The notes under the pieces were generated by a model. The model was not told the origin of the DNA. It searched no databases and was given only the letters and a program-made list of their open reading frames with translations. A DNA stretch of 58,944 nucleotides. Origin: Octopus sinensis. Its lineage: Eukaryota. The stretch lies in the NCBI RefSeq assembly GCF_006345805.1, contig NW_021824665.1, positions 1-58,944 on the forward strand. The letters are read 5' to 3'. Positions 13,684 through 27,020 of the stretch are shown here, piece after piece. The position numbers were made by a program, and so were the translations under genes. Position 1 is the first letter of the stretch. The number at the start of each line of letters is the position of its first letter.

Positions 13684-14136
13684 TTACGTTGTTTCAGTCA
13701 TTGACTGTGGCAATGCTGGAGCACCGCCTTTAGTCGAGCAAATCGACCCCAGGACTTATTCTTTGTAAGCCAAGTACTTATTCTATCGCGCTCTTTTGCC
13801 GAACCACTAATTACGGGACATAAACGCACCAGCATCGGTTATCAAGCGATGTTCGGGGTGGACTAACTCAGACACACAACACACACACACATACATATAT
13901 ATAATATTATATATTATATTATATATATATATATAATATATATATATATGTATATATATATATACATATACATATATACGACGGGCTTCTTTCAGTTTCC
14001 GTCTTCCAAATCCACTCACAAGGCTTTGGTCGGCCCGAGGCTATAATAGAAGACACTTGCCCAAAGTACCACGCAGTGGAACTGAATCCGGAACCATGTG
14101 GTTTGTAAGCAAGCTATTTACCACACAGCCACTTCC
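13684..14136 (-). mobile_element. SINE family B, full length (tRNA head, CORE-like segment, internal microsatellite)
   Basis: Minus strand: A box GTGGCTGTGTGG, B box GGATTCAGTTCC, then TTGGGCAAGTGTCTT resembling the MIR/CORE motif, an internal (TA)/(TG) tract, and the 3' module ending GACTGAAACAA. Confidence 0.9.
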
Positions 14137-14389
14137 TCATTATTAATACTTATAATATATGTATTAATAATGAAATCATGATACGTTGGTAATCGTTTCA
14201 TTTTGTAAATTTTCATTTGCCTTGCTTATTTTTTTACATTTTTGCGTTTTTTTTGTTCTTGAGAACACACTCTTTGTGGTAAGGCGATTTGACGTCTATC
14301 TCTAGCGTATAGGAATCCACTTTAGTGGTCATTCCACTTATTAATTGGAAATATATATATATATATGTATATTTGTGAATTTGTGTCTG

Positions 14390-14586
14390 CGTTTGATCCC
14401 CCGACCCCCATCGCTTGACACCCAATGTTGGTATTTGTATGTCCCCGTAAAATGGCGATTCGGCAAAAGACTTAGATAGACTAAGTACCAGTCTTGCAAA
14501 GAATAGGTCCAGGGAACAATTTCTTCGACTAAAAGGTGGTGCTCCTGCATGGTCACAATGAGAACATGTAAAAGAATAAAAGAAAA
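14390..14586 (+). mobile_element. SINE family B 3' half
   Basis: CATCGCTTGACA...GTCCCCGTAA...CGACTAAAAGGTGGTGCTCC...GTAAAAGAATAAAAG. Confidence 0.75.
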
Positions 14587-14599
14587 GAATACATACATA

Positions 14600-14711
14600 C
14601 AGATAAATAGATAGACCGACAGGCAGACAGACAGACAGACAGACAGACACACAGATAGATAGAAAGATAGATAGATAGATAGATAGGTAGATAGGTAGGT
14701 AAGTAGGTAGG

Positions 14712-14810
<99 letters not shown>

Positions 14811-14880
14811 GCAGACAGACTGATAGATAGATAGGTAGGTAGACAGATAGATAGATAGACAGACAGATACACAGATAGAC
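14600..14880. repeat. (TAGA)n/(CAGA)n tetranucleotide repeat
   Basis: Read directly; another (TAGA)n lies at about 56066-56140. Confidence 0.97.
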
Positions 14881-15339
14881 GGGTAGCTTGAAATATATTC
14901 ATTATCACTTCGGCGTAGTTCATGAGCAGCAGAATCTCGATTTTTACCTGTCACGGAAACGTTTTACATAATATTTTGATTAGATTTCCTCATAAGTTTC
15001 AGATCCCCACAGTCTTTTTCCTTCAAATATCTCTTCACCTCCCTTTCTATCTCTCTCTCTATCTCCTCTCTCTCTCTCTCTTCTGCCAACACTTCCTGTC
15101 TACCTCATCGATCATTTCTCCACTCTAATATATACCTGATCGATTCAGACACCGGGTCCTCTTCCGCACTTCTCATTATTTTTTTCCCTATAAACTTCCG
15201 TTGTATTTGTATCCGTGAAACAATATCCATTTTCTCTCTCTCCTTTTTCCTTTATTTTTAATCTCATTTTTATTCTGTTTCCAGATTTTCATATCCTAAT
15301 TTTATATTGTTTTATTCCAATATTTTCTCACTCATTGAC

Positions 15340-15735
15340 TTCTATTCCTCATAGAAATCCATTTGTTCTTAGTGCTTGCTCTTGGGCAACACAGATTACA
15401 GCCTCCATTTCCAGTTCTAAATCACTTTCAGTCATCCACAGCCATCTCTGGCTGTCTTATCTTCAACATCCCTATGAAATTGACCATGCATTCTCTTCTT
15501 TACCCATCTATTTTCAGTTTCATTCGTTTTTAGTATCTTGTATACTGCTTTATCTTTGCAATCCTTCACCTTACACAAGCCTGTCCTTGCTACTTCTAAT
15601 AATAGCGGTTCTGTGGCATTTTTTTACATACCACGATATGCTGATTTCTTCTCCTCTAATGCTGTGTCCATATCCAATAAGTCCTCTTCCCCCACTTTTC
15701 TTGGTACATACAGTCTGTCGGTGTCACTTTTTGCG
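15340..15735 (-). pseudogene. R4/Dong-like non-LTR retrotransposon fragment (post-RT region)
   Basis: Minus translation with frameshifts: DTDRLYVPRKVG/GRGLIG...ENRWVKKRMHGQFHRDVEDK/WLWMTESDLELEMEAVICVAQEQALRTN, matching the RLY.PR..GGRGL, HGQF and AQEQALRTN motifs of this clade. Confidence 0.85.
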
Positions 15736-15740
15736 TGAAC

Positions 15741-16226
15741 AGTTACTCACTGGGGTCGATGTAATCGACTTAATCCCTTTGTCTGTCCTTGTTTGTCCCT
15801 TCTATGTTTATCCCCTTGCGGGCAATAAAGAAATGAGAATTATTAGCACGCCGGGCGAAATGCTTTAGTGGTATTTCGTCTGTCGCCACTTTCTGAGTTC
15901 AAATTCCGCCGAGTTCTACTTTGCCTTTCATCGTTTCGGAGTCGATTAATTAAGTACCTGTTACGTACTGGGGTCGATATAATCGACTTAATCCGTTTGT
16001 CTGTTCTTTTTTGTCCCCTCTGTGTTTAGCCCTTTGTGTGTAGTAAAGAAATAGGTATTTCCTCTGTTGCCATCCTTTGAGTTCAAATTCCGCCGAGTTC
16101 CACTTTGCTTTTTACCGTTTCGGGATCGATAAATTAAGTACCAGTTGCTTACTGGGGTCGATCTAAACGACTGCACCCCACCCCTCTCCAAAAATTTCGA
16201 GCCTTGTGCCTAGAGTAGAAAAGAAT
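15741..16226 (+). mobile_element. SINE family A multimer (about 2.5 units)
   Basis: A partial unit and two further units; junctions at about 15835 and 16050. Confidence 0.85.
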
Positions 16227-16231
16227 ATGTT

Positions 16232-16440
16232 GACTTCAAATATTGGCATAAGCCCAGAAAGTTCAGGGGATGGAATAAGTCGATTACATCGACCTCAGCA
16301 CTCAACTTGTATTTAGTTTATCGACCCCGAAAGGATAAAAAGCGAAGTTGACCCCGGTGGAATTTGAAATCAGAGCGTAAAAACGGACGAAATACCGTTC
16401 TGCATTGCAACCGGCGTGCTTGTATATTCTGTCAGCTCTC
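16232..16440 (-). mobile_element. SINE family A, tail-to-tail with the preceding copy
   Basis: ATCGACCCCGAAAGGATAAAAGC...GGAATTTGAA...GACGAAATACCG on the + strand. Confidence 0.8.
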
Positions 16441-17144
16441 TTCCTTATACCAGTAATGCATTGAAGGAATTCATTCAATAATACAAAATGATCGTAGGGA
16501 AAATAAGTAAAAACAAACTGGTCTTGGGATATCAATATAATGCGTAGTAAATTTATTGAAAATGTCACATATGTTTCCCATTATCTCAGTCGAAAATCGA
16601 TCCATAGGTGAGACAGATGTAATCATTTAATTCCAGGTGTGATGCTACGACATAGCTGCTTGCGTATGCTTCGGTGAAAATGGTCTAAATGTAATCTAAT
16701 CCTTATAGACATAAATACCGTTCAGCTCCTCAATTTCTACAATAATTACAACTACCAGAAACATATATAAGATGATAGTGTTAAAATTGGTCAATCGATA
16801 AAAGGATACTGTATCGAGTAACATGATACCGCTGTTCTTGCTGTTAATTTGGTTAATTCTGAGTCTGTTATCGAAGCCGTGACAATTCTGTGAACCATAT
16901 GCTGTCGGGTCCCACTGCTGATATCGGGGGGGTTGCGTTCTATGCCTCGATCCCGAGCATAGGGCAGAGCTCGCCTCTTTGAGCTGGGAAATGAATAGAA
17001 TGCCTGGTGTGTCTTGTTGTGGCTACCCACTCCTAAAATATAGGGAATATTCCTGCGTATATATAAAGAAATAAAGAGTTCTTCGATTAGATTCTTTCCC
17101 TTACAAAACTTTAGTGTGCTTTGGAGGAAATTTTAATAATATCG

Positions 17145-17555
17145 GTTTAAAATGTTGGTGCAATATCAGCAATTTTGGGGCAAGAGGTAAGTTAATAATA
17201 TTCATCCGTGTTCTACTGGTATTTATTTTATCGAAACCGAAAGGATGGCTCGGCGGAATTTGAACTTAGAACGTAAAGACTGACAACATGCCGCTAAGTA
17301 ATTTCCATCGCGTGTTAACGATTCTGCCAGCTCAACTCTTTATAATAGTAATACTTCCTACTAGAGGCACAAGACCTGAAATATTGAGGGCTGCGAATAC
17401 TCGAATATATCCACACCAGTATTTAACTGATACTTATTTCATCGACCCCAAAAGGGATTAAAGGTAGAGAGGACATCTGTGACATTCGAAGCCAGATCCA
17501 AAACTGTGGCTAAGCATTTTGTCCGGCTTGCTATCAATTCTTCGAGCTCACTGTC
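17145..17555 (-). mobile_element. Two decayed SINE family A copies
   Basis: GGCGGAATTTGAACTTAGAACG...TTCTGCCAGCTC, plus a more diverged copy containing ATCGACCCCAAAAGGGAT. Confidence 0.65.
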
Positions 17556-17972
17556 CTGGAGATTTGAATATAATTTCTTATAGATCGTTCCACCACGTAG
17601 AGATTACTCTGACTAATATATTACGGTTGTTAATGGTACCTTACAAAATATCTCAACGCTGCTAGAAATAGCAGCCAAATTTCCATGGAGTCTACGCTTT
17701 CGCCTTAATGATAGAACATACTGTATAAGGTTAACAGAGTTATACCATGTGAAAAACAAAGAAGGGACTGGGTGGTCAAAAGTAGAATGCGATTTGATCG
17801 AGGATATGCTGCATGAAATCATTGCATGACCACCAACAACAGAAACAAACAACATTAAAAGAGTAACGGTTAAAAGGACAACTAAAATAACATTTCATTT
17901 TATTTAGCCAATGGATGTCATGAAAAACAAACTTTAAAAATATGACCATACGTTATTTTAGTCTTCACTGCA

Positions 17973-18408
17973 TACTCTTTACTCTTTACTCTTTTACTTG
18001 TTTCAGTCATTTGACTGTGGCCATGCTGGAGCATCGCCTTTAGTCGAGCAAAGCGACACCGGGAATTCTTATTTGTAAGCCAAGTACTTATTCTATCGGA
18101 CTCTTTTACCGAACTGCTAAGTTACGGGGACGTAAACACACAAGCATCGGTTGTCAAGCGATGTTGTGGCGGGGGACAAACACAGACACACAAACATATA
18201 CACACACATGCACACACAGAGACATATATATATATATATATATATACGACTGGCTTCTTTCAGTTTCCGTCTACCAAATCCACTCACAAGGCCTTTTTCG
18301 GCCCGAGGCTATAGTAGAAGACACTTGCCCAAGGTGCCACGCAGTGCGGCTGAAGCCGGAACCATGTGGTTGGTAAGCAAGCTACTTACCACAGAGCTAC
18401 TCCTACGC
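17973..18408 (-). mobile_element. SINE family B, full length
   Basis: Same modules as 13684-14136; tail appears as (TACTCTTT)n on the + strand. Confidence 0.92.
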
Positions 18409-18881
18409 ATGTTCAAGAAATCAAACTTACACACACACAGACACACACACTTTCACACACATATCAATCTCTCACACACAAATCAATCTCTCTCCCTCTC
18501 TCTTCTCTCTCTCTCTCTCTCTCTCACAACACACACTCACACACACAATGTAAATAATATTATCGATGAAGCAAATCGATAACCGAAAATTACGAATGTA
18601 ACGAACTACTACTTCGGGAAATCTTTAATTGCATCCATTTCTTTTTCCGATCTGTTTGGCCTGTGTTTTCGAAATGTATGTATGCATGCATGAATGTATG
18701 TATGTATATATGTATGTATGTATGTATGCATGCATGTATGTATGTATGTATGTATGTCTCTATCTATCTATCTTTCTTTCTCTCTATCTTTCTCTTGATT
18801 TCTATCTATCTGTCTAGCTATCTATTAACTATCTATCTTTATGAATGTGTGCTTTTATGGATATGTGTACATAGTTTATTA

Positions 18882-18983
<102 letters not shown>

Positions 18984-19054
18984 AATATGTATGCATAAAT
19001 ATATATATATATATATATATATAATATCTATACTATATATATGTAAATATGTAC

Positions 19055-19085
<31 letters not shown>

Positions 19086-19096
19086 TATATACTATA

Positions 19097-19143
<47 letters not shown>

Positions 19144-19149
19144 TATATA

Positions 19150-19197
<48 letters not shown>

Positions 19198-19203
19198 TAT
19201 ATA

Positions 19204-19240
<37 letters not shown>

Positions 19241-19748
19241 AATATACACACACACGCATATATGTATATAGGTTGCAGAACTAATGCAAATTATATCCTA
19301 TTGAATAAAATGTAAAAAGGAAAAATATTATTGGCCGAGAGGTCACAGTTAACTTACCATTAGATTGAAATTGGCCAGCTATATCATACCAATTAAGTTT
19401 CCGAAATGCCTTCGAAAATAACTGGTATTTAACATAATTTCTTCCCATTTTCTTTCTGTACTTTTAATCTTACCTTTGGTCATAACAACAACCGGCGTTT
19501 ACGCTTCTGTAATTTGGAATAAGTGTTTTTTTCTTTAATTGATACTACTATATCGCAGGCATTTCTTTTAACAATAGTCCTAATTTTTAAAAGATACTGA
19601 TCAATTGTATACCCAATTGAATCATTGCTACATTGATTTTCAAAATCTTTCAAAACTTTCACAAATTAACAACACTCACTGAACAAGTACGGTAGGTGTC
19701 CATCATTACTGAGGTATGCAATTATAATTAATATTGTTATTGTTCCTA

Positions 19749-20610
19749 AGGCGGCGAGCTGGCAGAAACGTTACCATGCCAGGCGAAATCCTTAGCGGTA
19801 TTTCATCTGCGGCTACGTTCTGAGTTCAAATTCCGCCGAGGTCGACTTTCCCTTTCATCCTTTCGGGGTCTATTAAATAAGTACCAGTTACGCACTGGTG
19901 TCGATATAATAGACTTAATCCTTTTGTCTGTCCTTGTTTGTCCCCTCTATGTGCAATAAAGAAATAAGAAACCTTCGTATGCCGGGCGATATGCTTAGCG
20001 GTATTTCGTCTGCCGTTACGTTCTGGGTCTAAATTCCGCTGAGTTCTACTTTGCGTTTCATCTTTCCGGGGTTGAAAAGTTGCGTGTTGGGGTCGATCTA
20101 ATCCTCCCTCCAACCAAATTTCAGGCCTTGTCCTATAGTAGAAATGATTATTATTCGTCCAAGTTGGTGGTGAGCTGGTAGAATCGTTTGTACGACGGGC
20201 AAAATTCTTAACGACACTTCGTTAGACTTTACTTTCTGAATTCAAATTTCTCGTAAGTCGACATTGCCTTTCATCCATCCGGTCTCAATAAAATAAGTAC
20301 CATTTAGACAGTGAGGTCGATGTAATCGACTTAGCCAACTTTCCGAAATTGCTGGCATAGTGCCAAGATTTGAAATCAATATTGTTATTGACCCAAGGCG
20401 GTGAGCTGGCAGTATCGTTAGCACACCGGGAGAAATTCTTAGAGGCATTCGTCTGTCTTCAAGTTGTGATTTCAAATAAGGCCGAGCTCAACTTCACCTT
20501 TCATTATCTCGATAAAATACTTACAGCTTGAGCGCTGGAGTTAAATTAATCGAGTTAACGCCTCCCCACCCGAAATAGCTGGCATTTTGCCAAAATTTGA
20601 AACCAATATT
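19749..20610 (+). mobile_element. Cluster of SINE family A copies (a dimer at 19749-20152 plus two older monomers)
   Basis: Heads GGCGGCGAGCTGGCAG (19750), GGTGGTGAGCTGGTAG (about 20166) and GGCGGTGAGCTGGCAG (about 20397). Confidence 0.85.
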
Positions 20611-22314
20611 AGTGATCCTATATAGTAATAATTTAAGGCAAACAGTGCTAAATCTCTGAACACTGTTTGAAATTAATATACGTATCGAGCAATAATTTAT
20701 TCCGTCTTTTCCTTCCACACTCACACACACTCTCTGTCTCTGTGTCTCACAAGCACGTATGTATATGTTATAATCTTTCCATTGACTATCTAGAAACTTT
20801 TGATAAATAATTATCGGTATGATTATAACCAAAAGTTATTCATTCTCGGGGAATGAAACCACATATTTTTATGAAAGCTTTACAATAATTACTAAAATTG
20901 CTTTAGTCCGTTTTTAAACTGTTTGTTATTCTACTTCCATTTTATTTAGATTATGTTAAGTTTTTAGTCCTCTAGACATTGAATGTCGTACTTAGAAACA
21001 TCTATGAGGTAACGAAAGAAGAAAAGCAACAATATTAGTCAATATTAACAATAGATGATAATTATGTGTTCAGAGAAAGAAAGGAATAATGATAGCCAAC
21101 AGACAATATTATATTGTTTTAGAAGAGATGATAGAAACTGTCACATGTTTCGGAATTTTTTAACCTCCTCAGTGAAGTATGCATTTCAATATATGTGCCA
21201 ATGCTGTGATTGCGCAATCACCAAATAACTAAACAATACTTTTTGCTTATTGTTCGACAAAAATACAACTGCTCAGAGATGTTTTTATGATGATGTGTAG
21301 GTATTTCTCGTAGTTGGCATCTACTTGCCAGTTTCGAGTTTAAGTCTGGAAAACTTAAAGAGAAAAAAATTGTGAAAATCATGAAGGTCAAAGCTTCACA
21401 TTTTATTTTTAACTTTTGAATTAGCATACTTAACTGCTGTAAATTACACCGTTAAAAACAGCCTTAAGATAGTGAGTGCTCAAACAGGGTGAGTTGGGAT
21501 TTTATTAAACTATACGAAAATAAATTTATCCGCAGGTGCCTTCGCCAACAACGTAGTGGTTGTATAGGGCCTAATTCTGAATATTACTTTGCATTTCATG
21601 TTCATTAGTGAAGGTATGAGATTTCTTGACGTCTCATTAGCAATGATAGAGCTTATTCTATTGAAAATAATTTTAAAAAATATAAATAATTCAGAAAAAA
21701 AGATAGAAAGAAAATGAAACTGCAATTAGAAAATAGAAAGCTAATCAAAAATTACAGGAAAGAAAATTAAACAGTATTTTTGTTAATTAGCCATGCTGAC
21801 ATGAACATTTAAACATTCGATTCAGAAAATATGGATTATTTTTACACACACAGTGAAGAAAAAAACAATCAAAACAAAATCAAATCATAAATATGTTCAG
21901 CAATTTTTTAACGACGTAATTTTATGTTATTCATTTATCTTGAAATCGAATATGGAAGAAAGTATTTTAAATACTCGTTACTGCAGTCACTTTTCTGAGG
22001 CCCCCTAGTTTTTGAAATAAGGAGAATATGAGACTGTATCATGCTCATGCCTTTCTTGGACTCATTAGTGACACTAATGAGGCAGAGTGCTTCTTAATGT
22101 AGGAATGTCATTTTACAAAACTTTCTGAGCTGCATGCCTGGTTCTTATATTCGGTTTTTAATACCTTCAAGGAACGAGAAGCAAATGTCCTCTCTCACAT
22201 TTCTCTTTTCCCTTATGGTAAACTTATCGAGGCATGTCATCAATATAAACTCCTTTCACTCCTTAGAAATGTACTCATAGTCTTCTATATAATACTACAT
22301 ATTTACAGCAATAT

Positions 22315-22686
22315 ACGCACTGGGGTCGATGTAATCTGTTTAATCCCTTTGTCTGTCCTTTGTTGTCCCCTTTTATTTCTATATTGCCCACAAGGGCAAT
22401 CGGAAGCCAGCATATTAAATATAGAAATGGAAAAAAACTAAGCATGCAGTATCTATTTCTTTACTACCCACAAGGGGCTAAACACAGAGGTGACAATCAA
22501 CGACAGACAAACGGATTAAGTCGATTACATCGACCCCAGTGCGTAAATGGTACTTAATTTATCGACCCCGAAAGGATGAAAGGCAGATTGGGCCTCGGCA
22601 GTATTTGAACTCAGAACGTAATGTCAGACGAAATACGGCTACGCATTTCGCCCGGCGTGCTAACGTTTCAGCCAGCTCGCCGCCTT
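22315..22686 (-). mobile_element. SINE family A full copy (22452-22686, -) facing a + strand tail fragment (22315-22395)
   Basis: The + strand ends in GCCAGCTCGCCGCC, the reverse complement of the family A head. Confidence 0.88.
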
Positions 22687-23221
22687 GTAAGGATGCAGTA
22701 GCATATAACTTTATGTCTCCAACCAGAAACCCACTTCTAAAAAAGAAAAAAAGAAAAAAAGTGACACATTATGCTGGGATCACATTTTTACCACTAAACT
22801 ACTCTGATCATAAATCTACTTGATCTTGGATGACCTAGAGCTAAAGAACAACGAGAACAACAGTTAGAACACTAAAAAAGTAAAACAAACAAAGTATTGA
22901 TTTCTTATGTAAATACGAAAGAACAAATTTGTACAGAAGGGACATAATCAATTAAGTCACCGATAATACTTGACCGATAATTATTTTATCGACGCTAGCG
23001 GCGTGAAAGACTACGATTTGAAGACAAACAGAAGGAGTGGGTTAAACATTGCTATTTTATTGTTTCTCGAGTTTCAGTCAGTTCATCTGCAAACAGATAT
23101 GCTGGAACACAGACTTCGAGTGATTGAGTCAGTCAGATAGACATCCCTAGTAATTTACCTGGTACTTATTTCAAACTACCTGTCTCGAATACATAAGCGT
23201 ACAAAATTCTCTTTTTTTTTC

Positions 23222-23669
23222 CCTCTTTTCCTCTTTTCCTTGTTTCAGTCATTTGACTGTGGCCATGCTGGAGCACCGCCTTTAGTCGAGCAAATCGACC
23301 CCGGGACTTATTCTTTGTAAGCCCAGTACTTATTCTATCGGTCTCTTTTGCCGAACCGCTAATTGTGACGGGGACGTAAACACACCAGCATCGGTTGTCA
23401 AGCAATGCTAGGGGGACAAACACAGACTACACACACACACAACATACACACAACACACACACACACACACACACACAAATATATATTATATATTATATAT
23501 ATATATAATACGACGACTGCTTCTTCAGTTTCCGTCTACCAAATCCACTCACAAGGCATTGGTCGGCCCGGGCTATAGCGGAAGACTCTTGCCCAAGATG
23601 CCGCGCAGTGGAACTGAACCCGACACCATGTGGTTGGTTAGCAAGCTACTTACCACATAGTCACTCCTG
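23222..23669 (-). mobile_element. SINE family B, full length
   Basis: Near-identical modules to 17973-18408 and 34083-34491. Confidence 0.92.
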
Positions 23670-23839
23670 TTAAAAGGACAACGATAATATCTAGGACTTA
23701 GTAGTATAAATGTTTCAACATTTTGATAATTACATATAGAAGCACCCATGAACATGCACATATGAATGCTTAAATATATATGCAATTATACACATACATA
23801 CTTCCATGTATTGAACGCTAGCTCCAAAACATTTTAAAT

Positions 23840-23970
23840 CTGTCTATGTTTATTTCATCGTATTCCTTTCTATTGAAGAGCGTAGGATCGAAACATAAAA
23901 GAATTTCTCACCTTCCTGAGTGTTAAACTAAACATATCTTGTTGTCTATACACATGTATTCGCCTCTGTT
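23840..23970 (+). mobile_element. Short hammerhead-like repeat (same family as 51200-51372), decayed
   Basis: CTTT-CTATTGAA-GAGC(GTAG)GATC-GAAA-CA-TA-AAAG at 23866-23901, followed by CCTGAG..AAACTAA; abuts (TA)n. Confidence 0.6.
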
Positions 23971-24024
23971 TATATATATATATATAGTATATATATATAT
24001 ATATAGATATATATATATATATAG

Positions 24025-24072
<48 letters not shown>

Positions 24073-24089
24073 ATTATATATCTATTACT

Positions 24090-24265
24090 AAGGCGGCATT
24101 GGGTTAGCCTGCTGTTTTAATGGTCGCAAGAGTGTGGTTTCGATTCCTAGACCAGGCGATGTGTTTGTGCTTGAAGAAAAAAAAAACACCATTCCTCAGT
24201 TCGCAGAACTGACTAGAAAAGTTGTCCTGCAAAAGACTGACGTCCTGTCATAGGTATATAAATCG
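24090..24265 (+). mobile_element. Decayed SINE head D copy
   Basis: GTGGTTTCGATTCCTAGACCAGGCGATG...CCTGCAAAAGACTGACGTCCTGTC resembles 10892-11115. Confidence 0.55.
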
Positions 24266-24976
24266 CCCCACGTGTATACACACCGCACACACAAACACAC
24301 ACACCACACGCACGCACCACACATCACATACACACACTCATACACCATACAACACATATATCTATATATATATAATATATATATAATGAATATGCGTACA
24401 GTTAGAATATGTTATGAACAGACTGAAATAGAAAAAATCTGTTAAATTTTATATTTCTTTTAAATTCTCTAAATTCTGTTTTAAAAACCACTCCAAAAAA
24501 CCCCAGATGAGGTGGACATGTCTCCCACACAGGACACCTGAAGCAATGCGGAACTGAATCAAACTGATAAAATACAGACATATATGTAAGTATGTGTATA
24601 TGTATGTATGTATGTATGTATGTACGTATGATTAATATATGTATGTATGTATACATGTTAGAGAGCAAGTGTGCAAATGTATTAAATGGTAATATATGTG
24701 CGCTATAGATTTTAAGTTCATACGCACAGTCATAAATCACGTTCTGATCTTGCTAAACCTCAAAGAGAAAGTCCCTCCCGGATTGTAATTGAATCTCTCA
24801 CAACACTCCCTTCCCCCCCGAAAGACTGCAGGTGTAGAATGTATAAATTACAATGCAAACGGTCGGCGTGTAACATTGCATATCGAGAGGTCTGGCAACA
24901 CAAAATACCAGATAAAGATTAATATAAAGACATGATTAATACACCCACATATATACATGCACTCCCGCATTTAAAT

Positions 24977-25075
<99 letters not shown>

Positions 25076-25286
25076 ACATATATATATATATATAATATAT
25101 ATATTATATATAATGTCATATATATATATATATATATATATATACATTATCAATAAGAAATACGCAGATAACAGAATCGTTTATTTCATTCTACACGTGT
25201 TTCTACATGTGTTTTCTATTCACTGCTATTTTTGCTACTAAGTATCGTTTAAACTGTTGAGAATCCACTACAAATATATATTTCAC

Positions 25287-25327
<41 letters not shown>

Positions 25328-25386
25328 TGTATATATATATATATTTATAAATATATATATATATATTACGTTTATATTTGTTGTGC

Positions 25387-25423
<37 letters not shown>

Positions 25424-25444
25424 CTATATATATATATATCTATG

Positions 25445-25475
<31 letters not shown>

Positions 25476-26087
25476 TATATATATATATCTATATCTATAT
25501 ATATAGGTATATATATATATATATTTATATGTATATATCTATATATTTATATATATATATCTATATATGTATTATAGATATTATAAATATATATATATAT
25601 ATATCTCTATGTATGTAGAGAGAGACAAGAGACAGAGAACAGAGACAGAGAGAGAACAGAAAAGAAAGAGGGGTGACACACATAGATAGACACAAGAACA
25701 TTCAGGTACACATGCAATTTGTATTAGTCTATATAAATAGATATGTATGTATAAGTATATATATATATATATGTGTTTGTATGTGTGTATATGTATTTTG
25801 TTATTCATTTATATATTCGCATGTGCGTGTGTATGCGTGTATGTGTGTGTGTGTGCGTGTGCCATTGTGCGTCTTTTTCTCTCCGCTGTACCGTATACAT
25901 ATCTAGCAGTACAATAATGTAATGTATTTTTGTTGTTGTCAGTCTGCTATGATATCGTGTAAAATTTGTACTCTTGTACAGATTTTAGTAAAATATATGA
26001 TACGAAATAATAACTATCTAAGACACACCTATACGCAAAAAAAATAATGCTCACTCACACACATATCTGCATTCACATGCATATAAA

Positions 26088-26687
26088 AGGCGGCGAGCTG
26101 GCAGAAACGTTAGCACGCCGGGTGAAATGCTTACTGGTATTTCGTCTGCAGCTACGTTCTGAGTTTAAATTCCGCCGAGGTCGACTTTGCCTTTCATCCT
26201 TTCGGGGTCGATAATTTAAGTACCAGTTATGCACTAGGGTCGATGTAATCGACTTAATACCTATGTCTGTCCTTGTCTGTCCCCTCTATGTTTATCACCT
26301 AGTGGGTAATAAAGAAATAGGTATTTCGTCTGCCGCTACGTTCTGAGTTCAAATTCCGCCGAGGTCGACTTTGCCTTTCATCCTTTCGGGGTCGATTAAA
26401 TAAGTACCCGTTACGCACTGGGGTCAATATAATCGATTTAATCCGTTTGCCTGTCCTTGTTTGTCCTCTCTGTGTTTATCCCCTTGTGAGTAGTAAAGAA
26501 ATAGGTATTTCGTCTGCCGCTACGTTCTGAGTTCAAATTCCTCCGAGGTCGACTTTGCCTTTCATCCTTTCGAGGTCGATTAAATAAGTACCAGTTACGC
26601 ACTGGGGTCAATATAATCGACTTAATCCGTTTGCCTGTCCTTGTTTGTCCTCTCTGTGTTTATCCCCTTGTGGATAGTAAAGAAATA
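26088..26687 (+). mobile_element. SINE family A trimer: one head plus three 184-bp units
   Basis: GGTATTTCGTCTGC recurs at 26136, 26320 and 26504 (period 184). Confidence 0.93.
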
Positions 26688-27020
26688 TGCATAGAGACAC
26701 ACTGTTTGGTGTTTGCATGGGTCGCTATCTTTTATATGAAAATTTATGAATGAAATTAAGCTTTCGGATAATATATACCTATATATGTCTCCGTGTGAGC
26801 GCTTATCCGTTTGTACAGGCGCGTGTCAGTGTTAGTCTTTTCGCGCGCGCATGCGTGTATGTCAGCACGAGTGAGTGAAAGATTATATATATATATCAAT
26901 ATATGTACACGCACTTAAAATTGAATATCTATAAACACGTCCACATATACGCATTCACACACATGGACACACAGCTACATACACACAAACACATACAAAT
27001 GTATATATATATATATATAT

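Noticed and set aside
14234-14954. ORFs with LSIY repeats
   Set aside because: (TAGA)n repeat plus SINE sequence.
15215-15868. 217-aa plus-strand ORF
   Set aside because: Antisense shadow of the R4/Dong fragment plus a SINE; no independent protein signal.
26088-26687. CRISPR-like or satellite array
   Set aside because: Units are whole SINE bodies with no unique spacers, and the context is eukaryotic.
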